DNA from: Candidatus Ryanbacteria bacterium RIFCSPLOWO2_12_FULL_44_26
GTDB taxonomy: Bacteria > Patescibacteriota > Minisyncoccia > Ryanbacterales > HO2-45-13
Assembly: GCA_001821765.1 (NCBI GenBank)
Contig: MHOA01000007.1
Location: 9,565-73,564, forward strand
DNA length: 64,000 bases
Direction: 5' to 3'
Part shown: positions 10,458-20,257 of the stretch, in pieces
Layout: every line of letters starts with the position of its first letter
How positions within the stretch are numbered: position 1 is the stretch's first letter
Notes under the pieces: model-generated
Seen by the model: the letters and a program-made list of their open reading frames with translations, nothing else
Databases searched by the model: none
What the model was told of the DNA's origin: nothing
Translations under genes and position numbers: made by a program

Positions 10458-11039
10458 TTGATTATGAAGAAGATATTATATATCGGCGTGGTAGTTGTAC
10501 TGCTTACCGCTGGTATTGCGTTTATGTATAGTGCATTGCCCGTAGCAATGGTTGATGGAGAACGCATACTGTACCGCGATTTTCGCAGATATATACACGC
10601 TGTTGAACGGTTCGAGAAAAGCTCTGAAGTATTTGGCGAACTAATACCGAGCGGCTTTAAGTTTGCGGAGTTGTCGGATAAAGAGCTTTCCCGGGCAGTG
10701 CTTACACAGCTGATTACCGATAAAGTCCTTGCTGACGCGCTTGAACATGAGTTTGATCCGACAGTGAAAAAAGATCTTACTCTTTATTTGCAGGAAGTTA
10801 TTGGCGGAAAAGATACAGCGGCGCTTCAGACTGCATCCCGGCAGATTTTCGGACTTAACTTTAACATGTTAAACAGAATGATACTTTTGCCGAAAGCGCG
10901 GGAAAATGTATTGCGCTCGGTTGTAGAAACACAGGGCGCTCATTACAATGAGTGGGTTGCTGATCATCTTACTGCCGCCACTGTGAGGGTTTATTTTCTT
11001 CCGTATCGGTGGCAAAATGGAACGTTGGTGGATAAATAA
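10458..11039 (+). CDS. hypothetical membrane-anchored protein (possibly SurA-N-like chaperone domain)
   Basis: N-terminal TM helix followed by a soluble helical domain; weak resemblance to the SurA N-terminal domain only. Confidence 0.35.
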   Translation: MIMKKILYIGVVVVLLTAGIAFMYSALPVAMVDGERILYRDFRRYIHAVERFEKSSEVFGELIPSGFKFAELSDKELSRAVLTQLITDKVLADALEHEFDPTVKKDLTLYLQEVIGGKDTAALQTASRQIFGLNFNMLNRMILLPKARENVLRSVVETQGAHYNEWVADHLTAATVRVYFLPYRWQNGTLVDK

Positions 11040-11044
11040 CGTTT

Positions 11045-11118
11045 GCGGAATTAGTTTAATGGCAGAACACGACCTTCCCAAGGTTGAGGCACGGGTTCGA
11101 TTCCCGTATTCCGCACCA
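11045..11118 (+). tRNA. tRNA-Gly (anticodon CCC)
   Basis: Cloverleaf read by hand: acceptor GCGGAAT/ATTCCGC, D-arm GTTT/GAAC, anticodon stem CGACC/GGTTG with loop TTCCCAA, T-arm ACGGG-TTCGATT-CCCGT, discriminator A plus encoded CCA. Confidence 0.8.
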
Positions 11119-11181
11119 AGATTGTACAGGCAGGAATTTTGCCCACTGATTTGGTGGGCAAAATTCCTGCCTGTACAATCT
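11119..11181. terminator. 28-bp perfect inverted repeat (bidirectional terminator-like hairpin) between convergent tRNAs
   Basis: AGATTGTACAGGCAGGAATTTTGCCCAC - TGATTTG - GTGGGCAAAATTCCTGCCTGTACAATCT; lies exactly between the 3' ends of tRNA-Gly (+) and tRNA-Thr (-). Confidence 0.55.
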
Positions 11182-11257
11182 TGGAGCCGATGGTCGGATT
11201 TGAACCGACGACCTATCCCTTACGAGGGGATTGCTCTACCAGCTGAGCTACATCGGC
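11182..11257 (-). tRNA. tRNA-Thr (anticodon CGT)
   Basis: Reverse complement folds as GCCGATG acceptor, GCTC/GAGC D-stem, ATCCC/GGGAT anticodon stem with loop CTCGTAA, GTCGG-TTCAAAT-CCGAC T-arm, CCA encoded. Confidence 0.8.
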
Positions 11258-11438
11258 AAATGATTTTTCGGGACTGTGTTGCTAAGCTACTGCGGTATAA
11301 CATGTGAGAGCAAAAGCATTGTTTTGCAGCTTACAAAGAGCATATTCTACAAGACAACACTACCGTAGCATAAAAGTTACTGTAGTTAAATCCCTTGCAG
11401 CTCTTCCTTATTTATGTGAAAAGCGTTACCATAGTTTC

Positions 11439-12534
11439 ATGGATCAGATGGAAAAGGCAGTTGAAGCGTTACAGGATAAAATCCGCCTCACGGCGGACTG
11501 TCTTTGACCTGTCCGTAAAACAAGAGGAGTTGCACAAGTTAGAGCAGGAAACACAAAAGGAGGGATTCTGGCGTGATCAAAAGCACGCGCAAGAGTTAAC
11601 GAGCCGAATTGCTGAACTGAAAGAAGACTGCACAAGATGGGAAAAGTTACAAAAGGACACCTCCGAATTGCTTGAGCTCGCAGCGCTCCATGACGAATCT
11701 CTGGCTGGTGATATAGAAGATCGTTATAACGCTCTTTACAAAGAATACGTTGATGCTGAAAAGAAACTCTTTCTTTCCGGCCCCCACGACAAAGGTAGCA
11801 CAGTCGTTTCGCTGTATGCAGGCGCTGGTGGGCAGGATGCCGAAGAGTGGGCTGCGATCTTGTATAGGATGTATACGCGGGTTTCTGAGCGGAAGGGTTG
11901 GAGACACACAATACTTCACGAACATAGAAACGAACACGGGGGGTTAAAAAACGCAACGATTGAGATGATAGGGCCATATGCCTACGGGCTTTTAAAAAAA
12001 GAGCGTGGAGTGCATCGTTTGGTGCGCATATCGCCTTATTCTGCAAAGAAATTGCGCCATACAAGCTTTGCCTTTGTGGAAGTGCTCCCAGTGTTTACGG
12101 AAACTGGTAATATAGATATAAAAGCAGAGGATCTTGATGTATCCTTTGCGCGCTCTTCCGGCCCGGGGGGACAAAATGTGAATAAACGTTCCACCGCAGT
12201 TCGTTTGATGCATAAACCCACTGGCATACAGGTGCATGTTGATTCCGGGCGTTCGCAGTCGGGTAATAGGGAAAAGGCGCTTAAAATTCTTGAAGCAAAA
12301 CTGATGCATGTTATGGAAACAACGAAAAAGAAGGAAGTCGAATCCATTAAAGGAGCAAATCCGGTAAAAATTGAATGGGGCAACCAGATCCGCTCGTACG
12401 TTTTTCATCCCTATAAACTTGTAAAAGATCACCGGACCAATGTTGAAACGTCCAGCGTTGATGAGGTGCTTGATGGAGTTATTGATGCATTTATTGATGC
12501 GGAAATTAGACTGGAAGTGGGGACAAAAAAGTAA
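11439..12534 (+). CDS. prfB: peptide chain release factor 2, with programmed +1 ribosomal frameshift at codon 23
   Basis: Frame 0 encodes MDQMEKAVEALQDKIRLTADCL then UGA. The +1 frame continues DLSVKQEELHKLEQ... with the RF2 hallmarks SPY (SPF-type) tripeptide and GGQ (SGPGGQNVNK). The two tracked ORFs (11304..11507 and 11395..12534) are halves of one gene. Confidence 0.9.
11499..11508 (+). promoter_or_regulatory. prfB autoregulatory +1 frameshift site (CUU UGA C)
   Basis: TGT CTT TGA C with the canonical slippery CUU followed by in-frame UGA and C; a GGCGGA Shine-Dalgarno-like element lies a few nt upstream. Confidence 0.85.
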
Positions 12535-12737
12535 AAGCCCAAAAGCAACCCCGCCATTTTTTGCGAGAGTACATATGATAACAAGCAGAACAATTATTCA
12601 TAACAAAAGCGCAACAGGGTGTCTTGTCCGTCAAAGGATGAGCTCTGCACACACGCACCTCGCGAGGCGTAGAGCGGTAAAAAATGCTTGGGGTGTTCAG
12701 GGTTTCATTTTCACTGCCATTTAATAAATTTTTACAC

Positions 12738-13418
12738 ATGATATACTTTGAAAACGTTTCAAAAATCTATAATGCAATTTCCGTAGCTCTTGAGAATATT
12801 ACGTTTTCTGTTGAGCCGAAAGAGTTTGTTTCTCTTGTCGGGCAGTCAGGCGCGGGGAAGACAACGCTTATTAAGCTGCTGCTTGCCGAAGAATACCCAA
12901 CGGAGGGGAGCGTGTTTTTTGAATCGTTGGACGTTCATCGGCTCCTTTCCGAAGAGCTTCCTATGGTTAGAAGGCGCATGGGTACTATTTTTCAGGATTT
13001 TAAACTGCTCCCCGCCAAGACCGCTTATGAAAATATTGCCTTTGCTATGGAGGCTTCCGGGAGAACCAATGAAGAGATAGCGTCGGACGTTCCGCAAATT
13101 CTGGAACTCGTTGGGCTCTCGGACAAGGCGGATAACTTCCCACACGAGCTTTCAGGCGGCGAAAAACAGCGCGTTTCCATTGCCCGCGCGCTTATTAACC
13201 GGCCGGACGTGATTATTGCGGATGAGCCGACCGGAAACCTTGATCCATTAAACGCCTGGGAAATCGTGCGGTTGTTGGGTAAAATTAACGATCTGGGAAC
13301 GACGGTGCTTCTCGCGACGCATGATAAGGATGTTATTAATGCCATAGGAAAGCGCGTTGTTACCATGGAAAAAGGAAAGATCATACGCGATGAAAAAAAA
13401 GGGAGATACGTGTTATAA
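12738..13418 (+). CDS. ftsE: cell division ATP-binding protein FtsE
   Basis: Walker [10 protein letters not shown], signature [15 protein letters not shown], Walker [13 protein letters not shown]; ~226 aa; immediately followed by ftsX. Confidence 0.85.
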   Translation: MIYFENVSKIYNAISVALENITFSVEPKEFVSLVGQSGAGKTTLIKLLLAEEYPTEGSVFFESLDVHRLLSEELPMVRRRMGTIFQDFKLLPAKTAYENIAFAMEASGRTNEEIASDVPQILELVGLSDKADNFPHELSGGEKQRVSIARALINRPDVIIADEPTGNLDPLNAWEIVRLLGKINDLGTTVLLATHDKDVINAIGKRVVTMEKGKIIRDEKKGRYVL

Positions 13419-13421
13419 ACT

Positions 13422-14327
13422 ATGATTGTTACCTATATCGGAAGAGTTATCAAAGCGGGATTTACCAGTTTTTGGAGGAACGGTTCTGTTTCTTTTGCAT
13501 CCATTCTTGTTATGGTGCTTGCGCTTTTTATGATAGGAAGCCTTCTTTTTTCCCAAGTATTGTTAAGAGCAACACTGGATGCGGTAAAAGGCAAGATTGA
13601 TATAAGCGTGTATTTTAAGGCAACAGCGTTGGAAGGTGAAATTGCGAGCTTGCAAGCTTCTCTCGCGGCGCTTCCGGAGGTTTCGGAGATAGAATATATT
13701 TCCCGGGAGGATTCGCTCGCGATATTTAGAGAAAGGCACCAAAATAACGCTCTTATCTCGAGTTCACTTGAAGAGCTTGGTGAAAATCCGCTTGGAGCGG
13801 CACTCAATATTCGCGCAAAAAACCCCCAGCATTATGAAAACATTGCTCTGTTTCTTGAAGAGGGCAATTTTCCCGTTATCGATAAAGTAAATTACCGAAA
13901 GAACAAGCTTGTTATTGACCGCCTCACCGCGATTATTTCAGGGTCGCAGAAAGTCGGCATCGGAATTACCGTTGTTCTGGGAGCCATCGCGATGCTCATC
14001 GTGTTTAACACGATTCGGCTTGCGATTTTTACGTCAAAAACCGAAATAGAGATCATGAAACTGGTTGGAGCTTCGCGGCGCTATATCCGCTCGCCCTATC
14101 TGGTGGAAGGGTTTTTATACGGTGCAGTAGCGAGCATTGTTACAACGCTGCTGTTCTGGCCGCTTACGTATTGGCTGAGTCCTCGTGCGGTGCAGTTTTT
14201 CGGGTTTGATTTATATTTGTACTATATTGCCAATATTTTTCAGTTCTTTCTTCTTTTGTTCCTCTCCGGCGTCATTCTTGGAGTATTTTCCAGTTTTATT
14301 GCAACAAGGCGATATTTGAAGGTGTAG
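13422..14327 (+). CDS. ftsX: cell division permease FtsX
   Basis: 301 aa, N-terminal TM, large extracytoplasmic loop, three C-terminal TMs; 4 bp after the ftsE stop. Confidence 0.8.
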   Translation: MIVTYIGRVIKAGFTSFWRNGSVSFASILVMVLALFMIGSLLFSQVLLRATLDAVKGKIDISVYFKATALEGEIASLQASLAALPEVSEIEYISREDSLAIFRERHQNNALISSSLEELGENPLGAALNIRAKNPQHYENIALFLEEGNFPVIDKVNYRKNKLVIDRLTAIISGSQKVGIGITVVLGAIAMLIVFNTIRLAIFTSKTEIEIMKLVGASRRYIRSPYLVEGFLYGAVASIVTTLLFWPLTYWLSPRAVQFFGFDLYLYYIANIFQFFLLLFLSGVILGVFSSFIATRRYLKV

Positions 14328-14394
14328 AAGATAAAGGTTTTTTCTGTTTATAGGGGGGGTTGCAAAAAAATTGAATAGAGTGTAGAGTAGTACA

Positions 14395-14420
14395 CAAAAA
14401 CCGCATGGTGCGGTTTTTGT
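14395..14420 (+). terminator. intrinsic terminator after ftsX
   Basis: AAAAACCGCA-TGG-TGCGGTTTTTGTGTT hairpin flanked by A and T tracts. Confidence 0.55.
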
Positions 14421-14443
14421 GTTCTTCGAAAAAGGAGAAAGAG

Positions 14444-16126
14444 ATGAAGTTGGCAATGAAATTGTTGGTTGCCGTCGCGCTCATCGTGTGCGCGTCAGCC
14501 GAGGCGCGCGCCCAGGCGGGTACGCTTCCGCTCGATCACTTCATGTGCTACAAGGCGAAGCCGCCCAAGGGCACGCCAAAGTTCGTGCCGATCTCCGAAG
14601 TCATGCTCTGGGATCAGTTCGAGCGCGTAACCTTCGAGGTCAAGAAGCCGCTTGGCATCTGCAATCCGGCGCAGAAGTTTGAAGAACCGGTCTACGATGC
14701 CAAAACGCACCTGAAGGCGTACGCCATCAAGGCGATGCGCGACTCGGCAAAGCCAACCGAGCGCGAGTCGCTTGTGAAGGATCAGTTTCACAGGAACGGC
14801 CTTCGCATGTTGACCAAGCGCGCGCAGATTCTGCTCGTGCCGACGAGCAAGGATCTCGGCAATGTCGTGCCGCCTCCGCCGGATCCCGCGACGCACGTGG
14901 TGGATCACTTCATGTGCTACAAGGCGAAGCCGCCCAAGGGCATGAAGTGGGACAAGGTGACTGGAGTGAAGGTGGAGGACCAATTCCTTCAGCCAAAGCT
15001 CTACAATCTTCTACCGCGCTGGCTCTGCAACCCGGCCGACAAGTACTGGCAAGGCAAAGTTGAACCGCGGCACATTCCGCAGAGACATTTGCTTTGCTAC
15101 ATTGCGCGCCCCGCAAAGGGTCAGCCAAAGCATGAGCCGCGGCGCGTGAGTGTCAACAACCAGTTCGGCTCCGAGGTACTGGATACGGTCAAGGAAGATA
15201 TCTTCTGCATCCCCGCGGAGAAGGAGATCATTGTCCCTCAGCCGACCTGCGGCGACAACGCCGTCAATCAGGCAAGTGAGCAGTGCGACGGCGCTGACGA
15301 CAACGCATGCCCAGGCCAGTGCAAGCCGGATTGCACTTGTCCAACGACGGAGCCATTCTGTGGCGACGGTACGGTGAATCAGCCGAGCGAAGAATGCGAT
15401 CCCCCGGGATCGGTATGTGCTGGTGGGTTCGGCATTTGCAGTACAGACTGCAAGTGCAATGAGACAGACATCTTCTCGGCCACCACCGCTCAGGTGGAGG
15501 TGCGCTTTCCAAACGGCGCATCTGAAATCATCAATATGTCTGGGCCGACGACTGTAGAGGTTCGGCTTGGAGGTATCAGCGACATGGATGGTGACGGTCG
15601 TGAGGAGGTTGAGACCGAGATGCTGCAGCTCGAGCTCACGGGCACAAGCCCAATGCTTGGGCCGGTGAATGTTCGTCTGAATCCGACCATGCCGAGCCGC
15701 GGCATGATCAAGGAGCAGACGAACAATACGCCGGGCGTACTTGATCTGCCGCCGCTTGCGCCGTCAGGGTTGGCTGACTCGTTTTTCGATGTGTTCTTTG
15801 ACATCGAAGTGGCGGGCCAGACCCTGCACAATCAGCAGCCGAAGCACATGCGGACCGTGATCACGCACAAGCCGCCGGCGGAAGGCGAGACCTACGAGGA
15901 CCCGACGCCGATCGAGCTTTATGATGAGAACGGCCGGCCGACTGGTATCACGTTGGTCGGCGCGCACCACACACCCAATCCACCGCATGATCTTTGCGGC
16001 AACGGGCGAGTGGATCCGGGGGAGCTCTGCGACTGGTCGGCGAACCCGCCGACTTGCGCGTGTTCTACACTGGTGGTGGTCGGTTCCTGCGGGAACGATT
16101 GCCGGACCTGCTACGGCTGTCCGTAG
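14444..16126 (+). CDS. secreted cysteine-rich repeat protein (Myxococcus-type CxxCG.G...GE.CD repeats), on a high-GC island
   Basis: RBS AAAGGAGAAAGAG then ATG; signal peptide MKLAMKLLVAVALIVCASAEARAQA; three copies of the HFMCYKAKPPKG / LLCYIARPAKG motif; repeats CGDNAVNQASEQCDGADDN, CGDGTVNQPSEECD, CGNGRVDPGELCD; GC content far above flanks. Confidence 0.6.
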   Translation: MKLAMKLLVAVALIVCASAEARAQAGTLPLDHFMCYKAKPPKGTPKFVPISEVMLWDQFERVTFEVKKPLGICNPAQKFEEPVYDAKTHLKAYAIKAMRDSAKPTERESLVKDQFHRNGLRMLTKRAQILLVPTSKDLGNVVPPPPDPATHVVDHFMCYKAKPPKGMKWDKVTGVKVEDQFLQPKLYNLLPRWLCNPADKYWQGKVEPRHIPQRHLLCYIARPAKGQPKHEPRRVSVNNQFGSEVLDTVKEDIFCIPAEKEIIVPQPTCGDNAVNQASEQCDGADDNACPGQCKPDCTCPTTEPFCGDGTVNQPSEECDPPGSVCAGGFGICSTDCKCNETDIFSATTAQVEVRFPNGASEIINMSGPTTVEVRLGGISDMDGDGREEVETEMLQLELTGTSPMLGPVNVRLNPTMPSRGMIKEQTNNTPGVLDLPPLAPSGLADSFFDVFFDIEVAGQTLHNQQPKHMRTVITHKPPAEGETYEDPTPIELYDENGRPTGITLVGAHHTPNPPHDLCGNGRVDPGELCDWSANPPTCACSTLVVVGSCGNDCRTCYGCP

Positions 16127-16252
16127 CGAGCCAACACGGCCACTTTCTCCTAAATTAAACTTGGCGGTCCGACCGCCAAATCAGCCCCGGGGCGCATCCC
16201 ACGCGCCTCGGGGTATTTTTTTGATATTGATGCTGTACTGTAGATGGTTTCC

Positions 16253-16797
16253 TTAGACGCGGCTATAAGCTATAAGCCGGGAAAGGAGCGGCTGATATGC
16301 TGTATGCAATGTTTGCGTCGGTTTCGGTTTTGGCGTTGCGGCTTCTCTCGCCGCCGGCGCCGGTTTCAAAGGACTGCGCTTGTTCAATAGTTCCCAGCGA
16401 TCCAGCGTGCGTTTGACCGAAAACAGGCTTACTACAATTCCATCGTTGAGTAGCCCTCGATGGACAACTTCTGCGCTTCGTTTGACCTTCTTTCTCTTTT
16501 CTATGATTGTCCAAATCATTTCCTGTGATAATTCCTTTGGGTGATGATGAGGCCGTGATGATTGTGTGGTATCCGCTGCCATCCTCCGGTCGGGTCTTTT
16601 TTGTACCATTGTACTATTGTCCCTTGTGCATAACCCAGATGACAAGCGGCCTTTCTGGCACTCCAGTCCCTGTATTTTACGAGGCGGACTGCCTCCATGC
16701 GAACAAGAGGCATCTTGGGATTGGTTGTATATGGCATATGCATATATTCTTGCACAGGGTGATTCCAAGCTGTTGAACCATAACGGGGGGTTGACAT
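16253..16797 (-). pseudogene. transposase/integrase N-terminal remnant (IS481/IS3-like, HTH domains only, frameshifted, DDE core absent)
   Basis: Two HTH-like segments: AVRLVKYRDWSARKAACHLGYAQGTIVQWYKK and, in another frame, ELSQEMIWTIIEKRKKVKRSAEVVHRGLLNDGIVVSLFSVKRTLDRWELL. No catalytic domain follows. The ORF track splits it into 16516..16797 and the C-terminal part of 16253..17089. Confidence 0.45.
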
Positions 16798-16896
16798 AGC
16801 TATAATAGCATGCTACACTCCTTCCCAGTCGCACTTTATATAACCTGCCTATGAGGTCAATGACCAGTAGGCCAATAAATAGAAGGAGGGCCAGTA

Positions 16897-17436
16897 ATGG
16901 CGCCAAGTAACGATTTTCCTCCGCTCGATCTCGTTTTCCGTCGCGTCCAAAGGCGCGACAAGCCGGGCCAGAAGCAATGGCAGGCTTGCCGAAAGGGGAA
17001 TACTGCCACTGTTGTCTACACTCCGGACGACACCTCTCCTGATCCGGAAGCCGAGAACGAGCGGTGGCGGTGCGAGGAGGGACGGACAATCTTCAACGGG
17101 AATGACCTGCAGATTGTCTCGGTACATCTGCAGGAAAAGCTCCTCACCTATGGGGAGGTGGTGAAGCTTTGTTTCGAGCTCGTCGAACGCGGGAACGGCA
17201 AAGGAAAAAGCTGGCAGGCGCGCCGGAATGAAAACGGTGTCACCACCATTTTCGTCCCGGACAAGCGCGGCCCGCAACCGACCTCCTCGGACACGTTCTG
17301 GGAGGGGACGGTATCCTTTCTCGTTTACCGGAGTGATAATGGTTTACTCCGGATCGTCGCTGTTCAACTTGCCAAGGAGTTGATCAGTGAACGCGGAAAA
17401 CGGCGCCGTGATCGGAAGAAGGCGGCCAAGGTGTAG
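16897..17436 (+). CDS. hypothetical protein (high-GC island cargo)
   Basis: 179-aa ORF with the same elevated GC as 14444..16126; basic C-terminus; no motifs recognised. Confidence 0.4.
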   Translation: MAPSNDFPPLDLVFRRVQRRDKPGQKQWQACRKGNTATVVYTPDDTSPDPEAENERWRCEEGRTIFNGNDLQIVSVHLQEKLLTYGEVVKLCFELVERGNGKGKSWQARRNENGVTTIFVPDKRGPQPTSSDTFWEGTVSFLVYRSDNGLLRIVAVQLAKELISERGKRRRDRKKAAKV

Positions 17437-17441
17437 CATGT

Positions 17442-17482
17442 GCCCCGGGTGTGGTTTGAACCACGCTCGGGGCAATTTTTTA
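17442..17482 (+). terminator. imperfect hairpin plus T-tract at the right island boundary
   Basis: GCCCCGGGTGTGG-TTTGAA-CCACGCTCGGGGC followed by AATTTTTTATT. Confidence 0.35.
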
Positions 17483-17784
17483 TTATCGCATTATTCTTTT
17501 CCGAACAATTTTCTAAGTTTCGTTCCCGCTTGCTCAAGAATTTGTTTTTGATTTTTTTGGATGAATTTTTCCCGTAGATAATGATGTTTTTTGCTTTCCG
17601 CGCCATAGCATTTCGGTTTTACGTGATGTTATATTTTAATTTTTAACTTGGATAGTTATCAACAATGTTTCTCGACAGGAAGTAATACATATATTACCCT
17701 TAAAAAAGGCGATGTTCGTTTCCTTCGTTCCATGGCTCGAGGGAGGGTTCCAATATATGATTGTGCCCTAAAAACCCAATAGCT

Positions 17785-17830
17785 GGGCCGCCCAACTCGC
17801 AACCCTTGGGCGGCCCTTTTTATTTGTTTT
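17785..17830 (+). terminator. strong orphan intrinsic terminator in non-coding stretch
   Basis: Perfect 11-bp stem GGGCCGCCCAA/TTGGGCGGCCC with 10-nt loop, followed by TTTTTATTTGTTTT; no convincing upstream CDS. Confidence 0.5.
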
Positions 17831-18181
17831 ACTTTCATGTTCTTGAGCGTATGAGAGCAAACTTTCGTTATGAGCAGGAAATCGGTTTCTTGCTGTTGCC
17901 GATAGACATTTCTTCTTTGAATGTTATAGGCGCAAAACCGGAATCTTTGAGGCGTGCGCTTAAAAGACCTTCAAACTGCCCGGGCACACTTGAGTGGAAA
18001 TAGCGAGCTTCATTTGGTAATGGTTTTTTCAAACCACGGGTAATAACGGACTACTTTCTAATTCATCGGCTTCAACCCCTTCCTCTCATAATATCTCTGG
18101 ATTGAAAACTGGCTTGTCTTTGAAGAAAAACTCAAAATAAAAAATCTTTATAGTGCACAACTATTATGTTACATTCAAACT

Positions 18182-20257
18182 ATGCGGTATCTCAAAACCC
18201 ATTGGAAAGTAATAATCGTGGCGTTCTTTAGCGTATGGGCGGTATCGCGCACAATGAGCAATCATATTCTGTTTCTCTACGAGGCCCAGAAGTCCAATAT
18301 TGTTGTAGATCGAAATGGAAACGAAATTCTCATAAAACCAAACACTAAGGGGCACTATATGCGCCCCGTGGAGTCTGTTCCCGATGAGTTCTCAAAACAA
18401 CTCATAGCAAAAGAAGATCGCTTTTTCTACTACCATTTAGGGGTAAACCCTGTCAGCATCGTTCGTAGCCTTGCGAGCTATATTTTTACAAGCCGTTTTT
18501 CGGGGTCAAGCACGATTACCCAACAACTCGTTAAAAACCTCCTGGGCAATGAAAATGAGAGAAACATAAAAAATAAACTTGTGGAGATGCTGTATGCAGT
18601 AAGCCTTGAACTAAATACATCAAAAAAAGATATCCTCCAAATGTATTTTGACTCAGCATATTTCGGGAATCAATCCGAGGGCATTGTTGAGGCCTCAAAA
18701 TTCTACTTTGACAAAAATACTCAATCTTTAAGTACAATCGAGACTCTCCAGTTGCTTGCAACTTTAAACTACCCAGCAGATGGGCCACGGACACGCAGAA
18801 ACGATGAACGGGTTCTCGCCCTCGCAAGTCGTTTTGAACTCGAAATAGATGGGCAGACTTTAGCTGACACGCCGGATCCTACATATCAACGAAAGAGTGA
18901 AAATATATTTGAGCTCTTTTCCCTCTACAACTGCGAGACCTCGTGCAAACTCAGTATCGATAGCAATCTTACAAGCACTCTTCGAGAAGTACTTAAGAGA
19001 CATTTAGAAGGTCCGGCGTACGAGAGTGTAAAAAACGGCGCAATCGTTGTTATACGGCTGGACAAGACTAAAAATACAAACGAAATTCTGGCCATAGTAG
19101 GATCTCCATACCCTCATGTATCGCGCGATGGATATCAAATCAATATGGCAACCAGGCCGCGTCCCATAGGATCTACATCAAAACCATTTATATACGCAAA
19201 AGCTTTTGAGTCAGGAGCTCGACCTTATACAATTGTCGAGGACAGAGAATACAAGTACGACATTGGTACAGGATTTGCATTTTATCCAAAAAACTATGAT
19301 GGCAAATACCACGGCCCTGTTACTTTTCATTATGCACTCGCAAATAGTCTTAACGTGCCCGCGGTACGTGTATTGCAGTACGTGGGACTTGAAAACTTTG
19401 CGGAATTTTTAAGAGAAAAACTCGATTTTCGACCACAACAAGAACTCGAACAATATCAATTGAGTATTGCTCTTGGTGGACTTGAGATGGATTTACTTGA
19501 TCTTGCTCAATACTTCACCATTTTTCCAAATGAAGGAATACTAAAGCCACTTGCCATCAGCGAAAATCAATATCCAGAATTGCCAATGATGACACAACCC
19601 ATTATAGGAAGAGAGGCCTTTGATTCTGCTTATGCTCAGTTGGTGACAAAAGTGCTTTCTGATCGGACAACGGGCGTCGATCAGTTTGGTCTCAAAAGTA
19701 ACTTAAATTTACCAACACAAAACTATGCTGTAAAAACAGGCACGACATATGATTACCACGATAGTTGGACAATTGGCTATACACCTGATTTTGTCGTTGG
19801 TGTTTGGCTTGGCAACAGTGATAATACGGCAATGGAACACCTTTCAGGATCGGTTGGTGCTGGGAAAATCTGGCACGATGCGATGAATATTCTTCTAAAC
19901 TCTCCGTATAATTCAAGCAGGCAATTTAACTTTGATGAGGTTGTAGAGTATTGGGATGAAAATACCATAGAATACGGGCTTTGGGGAGATGATTACGAAT
20001 CAATAAAAAGACTCCTCGATTATGAAAGCCTTGTTTTAGAGCCTCACCATGGTGATACGTTGCAATTGGAAAAAGGAATGAAAGTGCCTTTCAGCGCAAG
20101 CGAGGTGGCACGTTGGTACGTCAATGGCGCTCTTATTGGGACGGAATCACAGATAACATGGGAGCCACAATCTGAAGGAAGTTTTAACATCACCGCAGAG
20201 AGTTTCGATGGAACAATAGAACGTTTAACGATATCAATTACTGCGAGAGGATTCTAG
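18182..20257 (+). CDS. class A penicillin-binding protein (transglycosylase + transpeptidase), PbpC-like with extra C-terminal domain
   Basis: GT51 motifs EDRFFYYHLGVNP and GSSTITQQLVKN; transpeptidase SxxK (GSTSKPF), KTGTT; ~170-aa C-terminal extension after KTG as in PBP1C. Confidence 0.8.
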   Translation: MRYLKTHWKVIIVAFFSVWAVSRTMSNHILFLYEAQKSNIVVDRNGNEILIKPNTKGHYMRPVESVPDEFSKQLIAKEDRFFYYHLGVNPVSIVRSLASYIFTSRFSGSSTITQQLVKNLLGNENERNIKNKLVEMLYAVSLELNTSKKDILQMYFDSAYFGNQSEGIVEASKFYFDKNTQSLSTIETLQLLATLNYPADGPRTRRNDERVLALASRFELEIDGQTLADTPDPTYQRKSENIFELFSLYNCETSCKLSIDSNLTSTLREVLKRHLEGPAYESVKNGAIVVIRLDKTKNTNEILAIVGSPYPHVSRDGYQINMATRPRPIGSTSKPFIYAKAFESGARPYTIVEDREYKYDIGTGFAFYPKNYDGKYHGPVTFHYALANSLNVPAVRVLQYVGLENFAEFLREKLDFRPQQELEQYQLSIALGGLEMDLLDLAQYFTIFPNEGILKPLAISENQYPELPMMTQPIIGREAFDSAYAQLVTKVLSDRTTGVDQFGLKSNLNLPTQNYAVKTGTTYDYHDSWTIGYTPDFVVGVWLGNSDNTAMEHLSGSVGAGKIWHDAMNILLNSPYNSSRQFNFDEVVEYWDENTIEYGLWGDDYESIKRLLDYESLVLEPHHGDTLQLEKGMKVPFSASEVARWYVNGALIGTESQITWEPQSEGSFNITAESFDGTIERLTISITARGF

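Noticed and set aside
11017-11307. 96-aa + strand ORF
   Set aside because: It overlaps both tRNA genes and the 28-bp hairpin, so it is a spurious reading of structural RNA sequence.
11304-11507. 67-aa ORF and N-terminally extended 379-aa ORF (11395..12534) as two separate genes
   Set aside because: They are the two frames of a single prfB joined by the canonical CUU-UGA-C +1 frameshift. The upstream extensions of each (before Met 11439, and the frame-1 residues before 11506) are not part of the protein.
16253-17089. 278-aa minus-strand ORF as an intact gene
   Set aside because: Only its C-terminal ~90 aa and the adjacent 16516..16797 frame resemble integrase HTH regions. The N-terminal part overlaps the start of the 16897 + gene and has no motifs. 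It is treated as a frameshifted transposase remnant plus read-through.
17761-18003. 80-aa + strand ORF
   Set aside because: It spans a strong intrinsic terminator hairpin and T-tract (17785-17830) and has no RBS or motifs.
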